Shown: positions 45,822-59,140, numbered from the stretch's first letter. The stretch: DNA of 64,000 bases from Podarcis muralis (GCF_964188315.1 NC_135669.1:42408001-42472000); one strand, 5' to 3'. The notes: a model not told the origin generated them from the sequence alone. Made by a program: numbers and translations.

Positions 45822-48800
45822 CAGTCTGCCCTGCTGGGACGCTCCCTCTGTGCTTGCCTTCGCCAGCTGAGCTTCCTTGAGGTGGATAACGCTACAGGAA
45901 TCAGACTTGGTTGTCTGAAAAGCACAGCGACTCCGACCTATTCCTCACGTGGACTTGGTTACTACAAACCTCATTTTGCTGCTCCAAATCGCCTTCCGGT
46001 GCCTTAATGCCTTCTGAGACTGCAGCACAACTCCTGCAGAGGGAAATCTCTTGGGGGCTTTTCAGGCAAGTGGTGCTCGCAGCTGCTTCAGAAGGAAGAT
46101 GGGGGTTACTTCTTCCTCTCCAGCTGTTTACAGCTATGAGTATGGGCCATTATCTTGCCATCTAAAAGTTTGCAGCTGGCTGCAAGGAAGGAGAAAAGGG
46201 TGGCTTCTCTGAAGGAATCCATGCCACGATGAAAACTACTTATATACTTGAAGGTTATTTGTGCCACAGACGCAAGTCTTCCTTTGGGCTGGGGGAAGAG
46301 GAAGGAAAAGGGGTTAATGGAGGTTGCTTTGAGTCAACCTCTTCCTTCCCTTATTAGCTTTGCTGTTGAGATGAAGAACTGGTGATCTGGCCTTTTTTAA
46401 AGAAAATAAAAACAACTTTGTACAAGGGCGGTCTGACTCCAAACTCATCCAGCAAAACCTGAAGCGGTGTGGTTGTGACTGATAAAAGCAGCCTTTGGTT
46501 AGTCTCCAGCCGTGGGGCGGAGCGGCTTATATTGGGGAAGCGCTGTCACTCAGAGCGCAAAGTGCTGCGTTCTCTTCACTGCATCTCCAGGTCAGGAAGG
46601 GGAGGAAAGTTCCCATATTGGAGATGGGTGCTCAAACTCGCTCCCACGGGAGACAGTGATGGCCACCAAGTTGGTTTGCTTCAAAAGAGGAATAGAAGCC
46701 GAGGCCATTGATGGCGCTGCGCTGCTCTGCTCCACAGTCAGACGCAGCTATGCTTCTGAACATCAGTTGCTGGAAACAGCAGCAGGGGAGAGGGCTGATG
46801 TGCCCAGGTCTTGCTTGCATGTTTCCCAGAAGAGGCACCTGGTTGGCTCTTGTGAGAACACGATGCTGGATTAGATGGGCCAGTGGCCCCCTCCAGCAGG
46901 CCCTTCTCATGTTCACTGTGGTTGCCTAAATCAGGGGTGGAAGGAAATCATTGGCCATGCTGCCTGTGGCTGTTAAGAGTTGGAGGGCACCCAACTTAAA
47001 TGCCTTCCCATTCTCCTGCAGTGAGAACAAAGCAACGCTTGTGGAACCACTTCTTCATAGTTGGCTCTTGTCCTCCAACGCTTAACACGTCAACGAAAGC
47101 AGTGACAGAAATACATTCCAGACAGAAAATCCAGCTTCCTTTTATTGTGTAAAATGAGACGCAGCAGAGCTGTACAGTTGCTTGCTCCCCTCCCTTACAA
47201 AAAAACGAAACAGTTGAACATGCAAGCCCCACCCCACCCCACCAAGGCTTCCTCACGGAAGTCTGCCAAAAGAGAGGTAGTCCCTAAACTACCTTGGCAT
47301 CATCAAAGTACAAAATGCAGTGATTTAAGAGGCATCTAGTGGTATTTGACAAGACTGGCAACTTCTTTTCAGCTTGAAGGTTAACATCACTGAAGTAAAA
47401 TCAGCACAAAAGTGGAATAGCAGTAATATACTGAAATAAGTTAGAGGTACAAACTTTGCGGGGGAGGGAGAGAGAAGGGCTTATTTACAGTGGATTAAAA
47501 AAAAAAAAGTAATGTGGACCGTTACATTTAATACAAAAACTGTGATTGGAAGCAAATTCCAGAAAGGCCGTATACAAGATCAATCAAAATGGGTGTACTA
47601 GGATAAACCACTGGAAGAGTGTGGCAGGGAGATGCCTTCAGCCCTCTAAAAGATCCAGACCGCTTGCCCTTTGGACAAACTTCACAAATGCAGCTATTCC
47701 CTCAAGCAGGTATGGGAAGACAATTCTGGGGGAGCGATAGCCCTCCCAAAGCATGATTTAAGGCTTCTGTCCCAGAAAAAGACCTAGCGTGACCGTGGGG
47801 GACCTGTGACCTTCCAGGCCTTTTGGGGGACCCCCAGCTCTTATGACCCCAGTCCCTTGGAGCAGGGCTGATGGGCATTGGAACGCAACAGGCTCTCTGA
47901 CCTCAACCGAGATAAACGCGGAAGAGAATCGGAGAGGTTTCCAGTTACAAGACAGGTGCCCCCCCCCCACGGGCACCCAGAGGGGCTGAACTCCCAGCTG
48001 CCTTCAGCCAGCATTGCCAAGAGTCAGGGATGATGGGAGCTGGAGTCCAGTGAAATCCAGGGGGCCACAGGTGAGCCACCCCTGATTAAAATAGCAATAA
48101 AGGCCTTTTATGCTAGAGTTATTTATCATTTTACAGTTCAGCACTTCCAGTCCAGGGTGCCACTAATCTGCCACGTACAGGTTGAAAGGGGACTCGCACA
48201 CGGCGCTTTGGCACAACAGAAGGTTTCATCTTAATCTGTGCATCCCAAGTGTCAAGAGTAGGCTTAGACTCTCTCCTGTGGGCTGTTTTTGCTATCCTAA
48301 GCCTTAGAATTAGAATTGAGGACACACACAGAGGGAACAAGGTTATTTACAAGAATGCCTTTGCTATAAAAATTGAAATGTGGGCTTTCTGCAAAATGAC
48401 AACTTTTAAGAGCCTTTGGTGTTTAAGCCACAAAGAGTTTCCTGGGACACATTTTATGTTAGAGGGCACTCTAAAGGAGCTAAGGTATTGGAGCTTGTAA
48501 AACTGTCCCCTGTCCCGCCCAACCCCCATATCCTACCCCACTCCTTCCCCCTGGCTGTATGATGAAGGCTCTCTAGGCTTGGAACTCAGCCAGCATTAGG
48601 AAGAGAAATTCACCAGGAGAAGCTGGATGCTGTCCATTTGTGCAAGAGAAGGGCAGGGCAGGTTATATACAAGGGTCGGTCCTTAAGCCAAAACATTTCC
48701 CTGCACAGCTGGTATCAATGTCGCCACCCAAGGGAGCACCTCACTTTGACCCCTGCTGGACTGGAGTGGGGAACCAGGGGCCCTCCAAATGTTGCTAGAC

Positions 48801-49120
48801 TCCAACTCCCAGCAGCCTCAGCTGAAGGATCAGTCCAGCAACACCTGGGGAGGCAGGGAATACAGGATCCCCACGCCCACCCATAGCTGCTGAGCTTGCC
48901 AGGCCAAACTGCTACTGCACTGGTGTCATTTTAGTACAACCGAGAGGGGGGCAAGTCTCTCAACAAAGATACCACCTCCTTTGTGGAAGGGATTTTCTTC
49001 AGTGGGGGGAGGGGGGTTGTGCAGCAGTCTTCCAAGCCCAGCTGGCTGTGGTCCCTGATCAGCATCCTGCCCACCCCATTTGAGATTATCCACCCCCCCC
49101 CCCCAAACTCAATGGCACGG

Positions 49121-49258
49121 TTAGGACATCATGGACTCCCGCACAGCTTTCTGTAGGGAGTGCCTGGTCACCAGGAGGCGGACCACTTCCTCGTTCCTCT
49201 TGGTCAGCCTCTTCCGGGCTTGGTCGTGGGTCACCATCGTCATATCCCAGCCGTTCAC
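49121..49258 (-). CDS. TAX1BP3: TAX1BP3 exon 4 (VNGWDMTMVTHDQARKRLTK...SMMS*)
   Basis: C-terminal PDZ motif of TIP-1; cag|gtgaac acceptor. Confidence 0.97.
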   Translation of the reverse strand: MNGWDMTMVTHDQARKRLTKRNEEVVRLLVTRHSLQKAVRESMMS

Positions 49259-49675
49259 CTGCAATACATTTGCAGCGTTGCTTGAGGAAAGGCCCACCAC
49301 CAATTCAAAGCATACTAGGAGCAGCAGGACAGCCAACCGAGGGGTGTTGGCAGTCAGAAGCTGGGAGCCAGTTCCTAACATCCCACATCCAGGGGTGGCC
49401 TCTGCCTGCACACGGAAGTTCTGTTTCACCACCACAACCATCACCCACAGACCTCAACAAATCTGGGTGAAAACACTTCTAAAACCAAGCAAGAGGCCAG
49501 CACCACATTCTTTGTGGCAGTGAACAGAATACTTTAATCTTACTCTGCGGCTTCCCTCAACCTGATTTCTAATGAGCTTCATGGTGTGAGTGTGGATGTT
49601 AATATCAGGCTAGAATTCCCCATGCCGCTCTTTATTACACTGGCATCCCATCCCTCCTGAGAGCAGCTCAAAGTA

Positions 49676-49946
49676 CAGTGGTGCCCCGCAAGACGAATGC
49701 CTCGCAAGACGAAAAACTCGCTAGACGAAAGGGTTTTCCGTTTTTTGAGTCGTTCCGCAAGACGGAATTTCCGTATGGGCTTGCTTCGCAAGCTTGCGAG
49801 TTCTTGTGAGTTTGTTTCCTTTTTCTTAAAGCCGCTAAGCCGTTAATAGCCGCTAAGCCGCTAATAGCCGTGCTTTGCAAGATGAAAAAACCGCAAGACG
49901 AAGAGACTCGCGGAACGGATTAATTTCGTCTTGCGAGGCACCACTG
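49676..49946. mobile_element. Tigger-like MITE (gcaagacg family), opposite orientation to 13741
   Basis: cagtggtgcc TIRs; TA TSD. Confidence 0.85.
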
Positions 49947-50139
49947 TAGTGTACAAGATTCTTGCACTGCCATTTATCATTGCAACAGCCCAGCAGGGCA
50001 TGTAAGGCTATGAGTGACTGGTCCAAGATCCAGCAATGAGCTTTCTGGATCCTGGTCCAATAACCTCACGGGTTCTAGTTTTAAACATTACTCCTTTAAT
50101 GTGTCTCCTTCAACTTTTTTCTAACCCGTACAGCCCTAA

Positions 50140-50580
50140 ATTCAGGGGAAGAGCTGTAGCTGAGTGGTAGAGCATCTGTTTTGCATCTAGAAGGTCACAG
50201 GTCCAATCGCTCATCTCCAGGTATAGAGCGAGGAAATGTCTGAAACTCTGGAGAGCCAGTAGATGGGGAAATGATCAGCATATGACAGCTTCCTATTTAA
50301 ATCACCCCTTAATTAAGAAACATGAGGACTGGAGTCTTGGTTTTGTTTCTAGGGGTTCCTTTGTGAGGAAGAGGGGGATATAAATTAAATAAATAATAAA
50401 ACAGCAGCTCAGTGTTTGAGCATCTGCTTTGTATGCAGAAGGTCCCATGTTTAATCCCTAGTGTCTCCAGGAATGACAGTGAATCCCCCTGCCTGAAGCC
50501 CTGGAGAGCTGCTACCAGTCCGTGTAGACATTAATGAGCTAGATATATACTCAGTATATATAAGGCAGCTTTCTGTGTTT
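50140..50580 (+). mobile_element. tRNA-SINE dimer with the same linker
   Basis: gaaacatgaggactggagtcttgg at about 50317-50340. Confidence 0.7.
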
Positions 50581-50880
50581 TTGTTTTGCCTCTTAAGGAA
50601 GGTCTTCAGCAACTTAATTCACAGGATGTAGCGATTAAAGCTTTAATTTGAGTCCATAAAAACAGACCACTCAGAAGAGTCACTAGCGTGGTGTAGCAGT
50701 TAGGGTGTTAGGCCTGAACCTGAGAGATCAGGGTTCAAATCCCCACTCATCCATGAAGCACACTGCGCCAGTCACGACCTCTCAGCCTAACCTCCCACAC
50801 TTTAAATGGGAAAGCCTGGCAGTGGAAGAAATCTGGGACGCCCCCCCCCCCGCTGCTTCTTAAACCAGTCTGGGATTTAC

Positions 50881-50958
50881 CTGCATGATCTTGTCTCCGA
50901 CCTGGAGGCCGGCCACTTCGGCGGGGCCACCTTCCGTCACTCTGGTCACATAAATGCC
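50881..50958 (-). CDS. TAX1BP3: TAX1BP3 exon 3 (GIYVTRVTEGGPAEVAGLQVGDKIMQ)
   Basis: PDZ core read manually; 78 bp; ag/gt. Confidence 0.96.
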
Positions 50959-52164
50959 CTGAGAGGAGAAAAAGACGGACTACATAAAGATACCACCACG
51001 GAGGTCCCCCACTGGACATGCAAATGAAATGAGAACTGGAGGTGGGGAGGTAGTTCCGGGCTCATTTTGTAACAAGGCCCTGATCCACTTGCACGATCGG
51101 CTCTAGATGACTTTGTTCACTGGTGGGAAACCTTCAGGAGCCAGATGCAGCCCTCCATACTTCTTGATCAGGCCCTCAGGACTCTTCCCCAGGCCACAAC
51201 CCTCACCAGCTCCTTGCGGGCTTTTTCCTGGGTGAAAATGTGCCCTTGAACTCTGATCCTGCCTCTCGACTGTCTGGATGGAGGGTAGAGAGGGGTGCTT
51301 GACTGAATGCAGAAACTGGCTCTCAGAAGGTTGCCCAGAAGTAGGGGTGTCTGAGAAAGATCCCTTTGGCTTACTGCTTCTGGGAGGCACCTCTGTGAAG
51401 AGAGGAAGGCTTCATCCAGTGGAATCTCTGCTAAGCAACTCCAGGCAGCCACCCTCCAGACGGGCCTGCACAGGAGTAAGCAAACGCTACAGAGAGATCT
51501 AGTTTATAAAAGCCAGGGCCAAATCCTATGCCCTCCCTGCTCGTTCGTCCTCAGAGCCACTTGGCCATCCCTGTACCAGGGCTTTTGTAAGCTCCGTCAA
51601 CTGAGTATTTTGATTGCACAAGCCCAAACAGCCCTGCAAGTTGCTAGTCCACAGTGAAATAGTCCATCTGTTGTCTACACATACCCAGCTACACTTGTGG
51701 CATAAAAGAAAAAGGAGCAATTGCCATTTCCTTCTTCCACATCACAAGTGGGGAAGACGAAGGTTCCCCCAGCCCTTTCCTGTCTGGTTGCCTGGGGAGA
51801 TGTCTTCTTTCTCAAGAACGGGCCAGGTGAGTGGATCTTGACCAGTCTACTCCAAAGAAAGCCAATCAAACAGACAAGAGTTGGCATGCCCGGAAGTCTC
51901 CTGTTACACTGCCAGAGTCTTCTCTACAGCCTGTAGAAATTGCCACCCCCTCAAAAAGGCTCCCTGCATGATCAGCCTGGCTCCAGACCAAGAGTGATCT
52001 TTTCAGAGCGGATTTGAGCAACAGCAACAGAGGCATTTTTTTGGACCCAGTCAGGATCCAGCCAAACTCTGGAGCCAGGCAGCCCAAATCACACCAAGGC
52101 CAGACCCACGCGAAACCAGCCCAGCCCAGGCCTTGGGGCCTTTTAAGGCCTTCGAGATACTGAC

Positions 52165-52284
52165 CTTGTCAGTCTTGTCCTCCGAGAAGGGATTCTGCGT
52201 GGGGTCCTGGTCAATGCCGCCTCCAATGCTGAAGCCCAGGATCAGGTTTTCCCCCTGGCGGAGCTTGTGGATTTCGACCCTTTG
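52165..52284 (-). CDS. TAX1BP3: TAX1BP3 exon 2 (QRVEIHKLRQGENLILGFSIGGGIDQDP...DKTDK)
   Basis: ILGFSIGGG carboxylate-binding loop; 120 bp. Confidence 0.97.
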
Positions 52285-55200
52285 CTGAAAGAGAAGGGAA
52301 AGGTGAGTCGTGTGAAACGCGAGGACTCTTCGCAGGCCCTCGTACACCCCTGCGGCTTGGGATTCATCTATTCTGGCTCTTGTGAGACGCTTGATAACAT
52401 GACAAAGAGGTGCTCTTGTTCAGGAATCTGGAGCCAACAAGGCCTTTATTTTAAAAAGAGACATATGGCAAGCATGCGATGACACCATGGGTCACATCCT
52501 GCTTGGTTCAGAAAGGGGAAAGGGTTCTGAAACTGCAAAAGGGGTGGGTGGGTGTCTCAATAGGAGGTTGTGTGTCACAGCATAAAGGCCTTTGCTGTTG
52601 TACTGCCAGACACAACACCTTGCACAAAACCACCATCTGCTCTTCACAAAGCCCTGCTTCCCATCTGCCCCCCCCAAAAAAAGCAGAAGAATTTTTCTCT
52701 CTATCCCATCCTTAACTACAAAGAGCAACTGAGCCAGCTATGCGTTTTTCTAAACCAAAGCAGCTTCGTCTGAGCCCAGCGTGGGATTTGGTGGGGGCAG
52801 AGGAGCCCTCAGCAGTGATTGGTTGACCTGCCCTTGTGTCACAGAGGGAGCAGAAAGGAGGAGACATAGACAGCTCAGAAGAGCCCTGCTGGATTGGACC
52901 AAATGCTCTAACACAGGGGATGGCAGGGGAGAAATTTGGGAAAAGAGGGTTGAAAGGAAAAATAGACCACGAGAAAAGGGAAATACTTTTAGGGAAGGGC
53001 AGTAGTTTAGGGTAAAGATTAGGGTAATCTGCCAAGGCTTGGGCCGCAGGGATTTTTGGAAACAAAAAGCCCCCATCTTCCCAGAGCGTGCCTTGCTCCC
53101 ATTCTTTCTATCCAAGATCATTTCCTCGGGGGTCAAGAACGGCCAGTTCTGAAATGAGGGGAAGCATCGGATTTCACCCGTGTAAACAAGCACCCTTTTA
53201 TTGGAGACGGGGGTTATGAGCTCATTGAGGGGGGAAAGAGAAAAGCACTTTCAGAAAGAGAGAGATAAAAGGCGAGAGAGACCAAAGGGAAGACAGCCAA
53301 ACAAGGCAGAATGGCAGCAGTGACTCCAGAGATAGCGCTAAGTGGCTCGCTGCCTCGTGAGATGGACAAAAGGTTAGAGGGGATGAAACGGCACCATCAC
53401 TTGGCATTTCTATTGGACAGGTCTAAAGCCAAGTGGGCTCACTCTCCTGCCTGAAGGGAACAGTCAATTTCAGTTTTAAAATGAAAACCGTCAGTGTTTC
53501 TCTCCCACGATCACAGAGCTGAGCAGGGGTAGCTGAACTTGAGCCGCTCCTGATGGCATTGGGCTGTCCTGCCCGTCATTCCTGACCCCCTGGTCATGCT
53601 GGCTGAGAGAAGTCGATACCACACTCCCTAAAGGGTCACAGCTTTGCTACCCTCAGAGCGAAAGAATCCCAGATCCGTTATGGCAGGAGTGGCTAGCTGT
53701 GGCGCCCCCAAACACCAAGGAAGTTCTTATCTGGCAACATCTGGAGAGCCGCGCGTTCCCTGCCCCTGACGATAAAGAGTTGATTCCTGGAGTAGAGAGG
53801 GGAATTGTAGAAAAGAGTAGCGTTGTCGGACTCCAAAACCCTTCATCCAATGGTCAGGCATGCCTGGAGCCCAATAACATCTGGAGGACTACCTTGTAGG
53901 GGACAGAGAAACCCAGATGTTTAGGGGAAGGGGGTGCAAAAACACACAGACCTGGACCAATGCTGAGCTTTCGGCTGCAATGCTTACTATGCATCCTTAC
54001 TTGGAGGGGTGAAGCCTCACTAAACCAAATGACACAGACTTCCAAGTAAATCTGGGTAGAATTGCACTTGACGTCTGGGAACAAGCCTCACCCCGCCTCT
54101 TATGACTGTTATTTCTGGATTGCTTCATACCATGAGATAAGATAATGCCACGCTCCCTCCATCTTTAGCACTTTCAGACAGCATTCACGGCCTGTTAGAA
54201 AAGCAATCAGAAAGGCTCTTTCCAGTGCTTTCGCCACTGGTATCCCATCCACACCCCAAATTCTTATGATGCATGACTAATGCGCTCGCTCTCTGTGAGC
54301 TCAGTGGGGTGTAGCAGTGCAAAATGTCAGACCAACAAGGCTTGGGTTGCAATCTCCATTCACTGGGTGACCTTGGGCGAGTCCTCTCGCGTTCTCATCT
54401 TAATCGACCACACGGGGCCATTGTGCACCCCATTTCACCTACATTGCCCTGAGGAAAGGGGGGACATAAATGCAATGAACAAGTGCCAGTTTTCAGCAAA
54501 TCTCATCTTTTCAAACCCTTCCTTCCACTGTTCTGTTCCACATGATCAGGAGATACACCACATGCCTACTACGGACTTCTCCAAGCTGTTTCCCTCCAGA
54601 AGTTCTAGACTAGGGGCTGTTGGGAGCGATACTCCAAAACCTCCAGAGGGCACCAGGTTAGGGAAGAAGGGTCCACAAAGTTTTCTGCTTTGTTCGCATT
54701 TAAAAGCCGTTCCCTGAACTTCACAGCTGCCTCACTCTTTGGGAAATGGGATTTCCAGGGCCAAACTTTCCCCACCACACCCATACTCTACCAGTCTGTG
54801 CCATTCACCATTTTGTTTTTTTAAAAAATCACCACTGGACTTGTAAGCACTCAGGCTAGACAAGCCATTATTGACTCATCCATGTCTTTTCCCAGGATTC
54901 CTGTCAAGGTATACTCATCAAACACCCCAGACCTTAGGCTAAGGAGAGGGTGTTACTCTTGTGATCAGACACAGACTACGGTTTGCTCTGTATGGTGGAG
55001 GGAGTAGGTTATGGGCCAGGCTGCCCTGAGGGTTCTCTCTCTTCCTGTACCAGTCAGCAACAAAACATACGCATACACATTATGCTTATTCAGTGCCCTG
55101 ACCACAAAAAGAGCATTTTTCACTCCTCCCAGCTATTTGCTCAACCAGCCATGAATCACCAACCACTCCCAAAGGAGACTGAACCGATCAGATGGAATCA

Positions 55201-56042
55201 AACAGATCTAATCTAGGGGAAACTGGCGGCCAGAGGGAGGGCAAGGTTTGGAGGGTGGGGCAGGCGGAACCAGGTAAGGATAAAGCATAAAGATTTGCAA
55301 TTGTGGGGCAAGGTTGGAAGTAGAAGAGAGACACAAAACGAGGGAGAGAGATTTAAGACCCTGATCAGGCAGGGCAAGAGAGGAATTTACCCAGGAGTAC
55401 ATCCATGGAATGCAAGAGCCACACACACACACGGCTTCTGGAACTTTTAGCCGGAACACTTCTGAGATTGTGGGGGTCTGATCAACTGGTAGTGTTGGAA
55501 GAATGCAGCAGGGTTTGAGATTGGGAGTCCAGACCCCTGCTCAGCAGCTGGAGGAAGACCCCTGGATGCAGGAGACTTAACAGGCTTTTGGGGCCAGCCA
55601 GATGTTGCAGAACTGCAGTTCCCAATGGCCAGCATGGCCAACGGTCAGGGATGATGGGAGACGGCAGTTCAGCAGCATCTGGAAGGGAAAGGAGGGGAGA
55701 TAAGAACAAAGGAAGTAAGTGAGGTAATGGAATAAGGGGAGAGAGCAAGAGAGGGAAACATCCCTCAAGAGACTACAGAATTGTGGGCAGCCTCCTAATA
55801 AAGCAGAAGTAGAGAACGTTTGGCACCTCTTCCTTGCCCAGAAATGTCGCCCACAGTGACCGTCCCACCAGGTCATTGCAAGGATTCCTATTAGGCCGGA
55901 ATCAGTGCCTCAATTTGCTTGCCTTTCCACGGCCCTTTCTATGGTCCCTTTTTGTCTCGCATAGATAAAACTGTAAGCAGGGAGAGTGTCTTGGAAACTC
56001 TCAAGTGCAGTGCCTTGTAAACGTCTATCTGAGATTCAATTA

Positions 56043-58780
56043 CAGTGGTACCCCGCAAGACGAATGCCTCGCAAGACGGAAAACCCGCAAGACGAAAGGG
56101 TTTTCTGTTTTGGAGGCGCTTCGCAAGACGAATTTCCCTATGGGCTTGCAACGCAAGACGAAAGCCCATAGGGAAATGCTGGCGGTCGGGAGCAAAGACT
56201 TTCGCCCACAGCCGGCCTTCAGAAGAGGACCTCTTCTGAAGGCCGGCGGGGGGCAAAAGTCTTTGCTCCCCCCCGCCTGCCTTCCCCCCGCCTGCCGGGG
56301 GCGATCTTAAAATGCTGGCGGGCGGGAGCGAAGCGTTCGCTGCCGACCCCCAGCATTTTAAAATCTCCAAGGGACAGCAGAGAAGTCTCTGTCCCGGGGA
56401 GGTTTTAAAATGCTGGGGGTCGGGAGCGAAGCGCTGCCGACCCCCAGCATTTTAAAATCTCCCCGTGTCCCGGGGAGGTTTTAAAATGCTGGGGGTCGGG
56501 AGCGAAGCGCTGCCGACCCCCTGCATTTTAAAATCTCCCCGTGTCCCGGGAAGGTTTTAAAATGCTGGGGGTCGGCAGCCCGACCCCCAGCATTTTAAAA
56601 TCTTCCCGGGACACGGGGAGATTTTAAAATGCTGGGGGTCGGCAGCGCTTCGCTCCCGACCCCCAGCATTTTAAAACGCTGTTCCGAAGGGGGGGGGTGG
56701 GGACACCTGCCCCAGCCGCCCCACTTCGGAAAGCTGTTCCGAAGCGGGGAGGGAGGGCGGGGACACCTGCCCCAGCCGCCCCACTTCGGAAAGCTGTTCC
56801 GAAGCGGGGAGGGAGGGCGGGGACACCTGCCCCAGCCGCCCCACTTCGGAAAGCTGTTCCGAAGCGGGGAGGGGGGGCGGGGACATCTGCCCCAGCCGCC
56901 CCACTTCGGAAAGCTGTTCCGAAGCGGGGAGGGGGGGCGGGGACACCTGCCCCAGCCGCCCCACTTCGGAAAGCTGTTCCGAAGCGGGGAGGGGGGGCGG
57001 GGACACCTGCCCCAGCCGCCCCACTTCGGAAAGCTGTTCCGAAGCGGGGAGGGGGGGCGGGGACATCTGCCCCAGCCGCCCCACTTCGGAAAGCTGTTCC
57101 GAAGCGGGGAGGGGGGGCGGGGACACCTGCCCCAGCCGCCCCACTTCGGAAAGCTGTTCCGAAGCGGGGAGGGGGGGCGGGGACACCTGCCCCAGCCGCC
57201 CCACTTCGGAAAGCTGTTCCGAAGCGGGGAGGGGGGGCGGGGACATCTGCCCCAGCCGCCCCACTTCGGAAAGCTGTTCCGAAGCGGGGAGGGGGGGCGG
57301 GGACACCTGCCCCAGCCGCCCCACTTCGGAAAGCTGTTCCGAAGCGGGGAGGGGGGGGCGGGGACACCTGCCCCAGCCGCCCCACTTCGGAAAGCTGTTC
57401 CGAAGCGGGGAGGGGGGGCGGGGACACCTGCCCCAGCCGCCCCACTTCGGAAAGCTGTTCCGAAGCGGGGAGGGGGGGCGGGGACATCTGCCCCAGCCGC
57501 CCCACTTCGGAAAGCTGTTCCGAAGCGGGGAGGGGGGGCGGGGACATCTGCCCCAGCCGCCCCACTTCGGAAAGCTGTTCCGAAGCGGGGAGGGGGGGCG
57601 GGGACATCTGCCCCAGCCGCCCCACTTCGGAAAGCTGTTCCGAAGCGGGGAGGGGGGGCGGGGACATCTGCCCCAGCCGCCCCACTTCGGAAAGCTGTTC
57701 CGAAGCGGGGAGGGGGGGCGGGGACACCTGCCCCAGCCGCCCCACTTCGGAAAGCTGTTCCGAAGCGGGGAGGGGGGGCGGGGACACCTGCCCCAGCCGC
57801 CCCACTTCGGAAAGCTGTTCCGAAGCGGGGAGGGGGGGCGGGGACATCTGCCCCAGCCGCCCCACTTCGGAAAGCTGTTCCGAAGCGGGGAGGGGGGGCG
57901 GGGACACCTGCCCCAGCCGCCCCACTTCGGAAAGCTGTTCCGAAGCGGGGAGGGGGGGCGGGGACACCTGCCCCAGCCGCCCCACTTCGGAAAGCTGTTC
58001 CGAAGCGGGGAGGGGGGGCGGGGACACCTGCCCCAGCCGCCCCACTTCGGAAAGCTGTTCCGAAGCGGGGAGGGGGGGCGGGGACATCTGCCCCAGCCGC
58101 CCCACTTCGGAAAGCTGTTCCGAAGCGGGGAGGGGGGGCGGGGACATCTGCCCCAGCCGCCCCACTTCGGAAAGCTGTTCCGAAGCGGGGAGGGGGGGCG
58201 GGGACATCTGCCCCAGCCGCCCCACTTCGGAAAGCTGTTCCGAAGCGGGGAGGGGGGACGGGGACATCTGCCCCAGCCGCCCCACTTCGGAAAGCTGTTC
58301 CGAAGCGGGGAGGGGGGGCGGGGACATCTGCCCCAGCCGCCCCACTTTGGAAAGCTGTTCCGAAGTGGGGAGGGGGGGCGGGGACACCTGCCCCAGCCGC
58401 CCCACTTCGGAAAGCTGTTCCGAAGCGGGGCGGGGGCGGGAACACCTTCTGAAGGCGGGCGGGGGGCGAAAGTCTTTGTCCCCCCTGCCTGCCTTCCCAG
58501 GGGCTTTTAAATCGCCTCGGAGAGCGGAGAAGTCCTCCGCTGTCCCGGGGTTTTTTAAAATGCTGGGGGTGGGAAGAAAAGCCCTTGTCCCCCCCCCCCA
58601 GCCTTCAGAAGAGGTCCGGGGACAGACTGTCCCCGGACCTGGTCTGAAGGCGGTTTCCCTAGGAACGCATTAATTGATTTTCAATGCATTCCTATGGGAA
58701 ACCGTGCATCGCAAGACGAAAAAACCGCAAGACGAAGAGACTTGCGGAACGAATTAATTTCGTCTTGCGAGGCACCACTG
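56043..58780. mobile_element. TcMar-Tigger-like non-autonomous element expanded by internal tandem repeats (TAX1BP3 intron 1)
   Basis: TA-cagtggtaccccgcaagacg ... cgtcttgcgaggcaccactg-TA termini, the same as the short copies at 13741 and 49676. Confidence 0.85.
56690..58440. repeat. 60-bp GC-rich minisatellite, 29 units
   Basis: Unit gggaca(c/t)ctgccccagccgccccacttcggaaagctgttccgaagcggggagggggggcg; one extra G near 57350. Confidence 0.97.
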
Positions 58781-58974
58781 TATAGGAAAGGTCAAAGTGC
58801 TTTAGGAATAAAAACAATCTTCACTGCTATTTTTATGAATACACAAAGTATATGCGAAGTTCATACACATATTTGCACAATGGGTTATATCCAACAGTAA
58901 TCAGCAAGCCCATTGAAATTAAGCAACCACTAAGATGTTCTGGCAGCATTTCCAAGAGAGCAGCCAAAGAGTAG

Positions 58975-59140
58975 AATAACAGTGGAAAAAACCTCCCATG
59001 AGAGGTGGCAGACTCTCCTTCCTTGGAGGTTTTTAAACAGAGGTTGGATGGCAATCTGCCATGGATGCGTTTAGCGGAGATTCCTGCACTGCAGGGGTTG
59101 GACTAGATGACCCTCGGGTCCCTTCCAATTCAATTCTATG
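58975..59140 (+). mobile_element. CR1 LINE 3' fragment
   Basis: tctccttccttggaggtttttaaacagaggttgg...gggttggactagatgacc...attctatg. Confidence 0.8.

Noticed and set aside
56595-58673. 600+ aa ORFs on both strands
   Set aside because: They arise from a stop-free 60-bp minisatellite (multiple of 3) inside an intronic MITE; the peptides are purely periodic and have no splice or domain support
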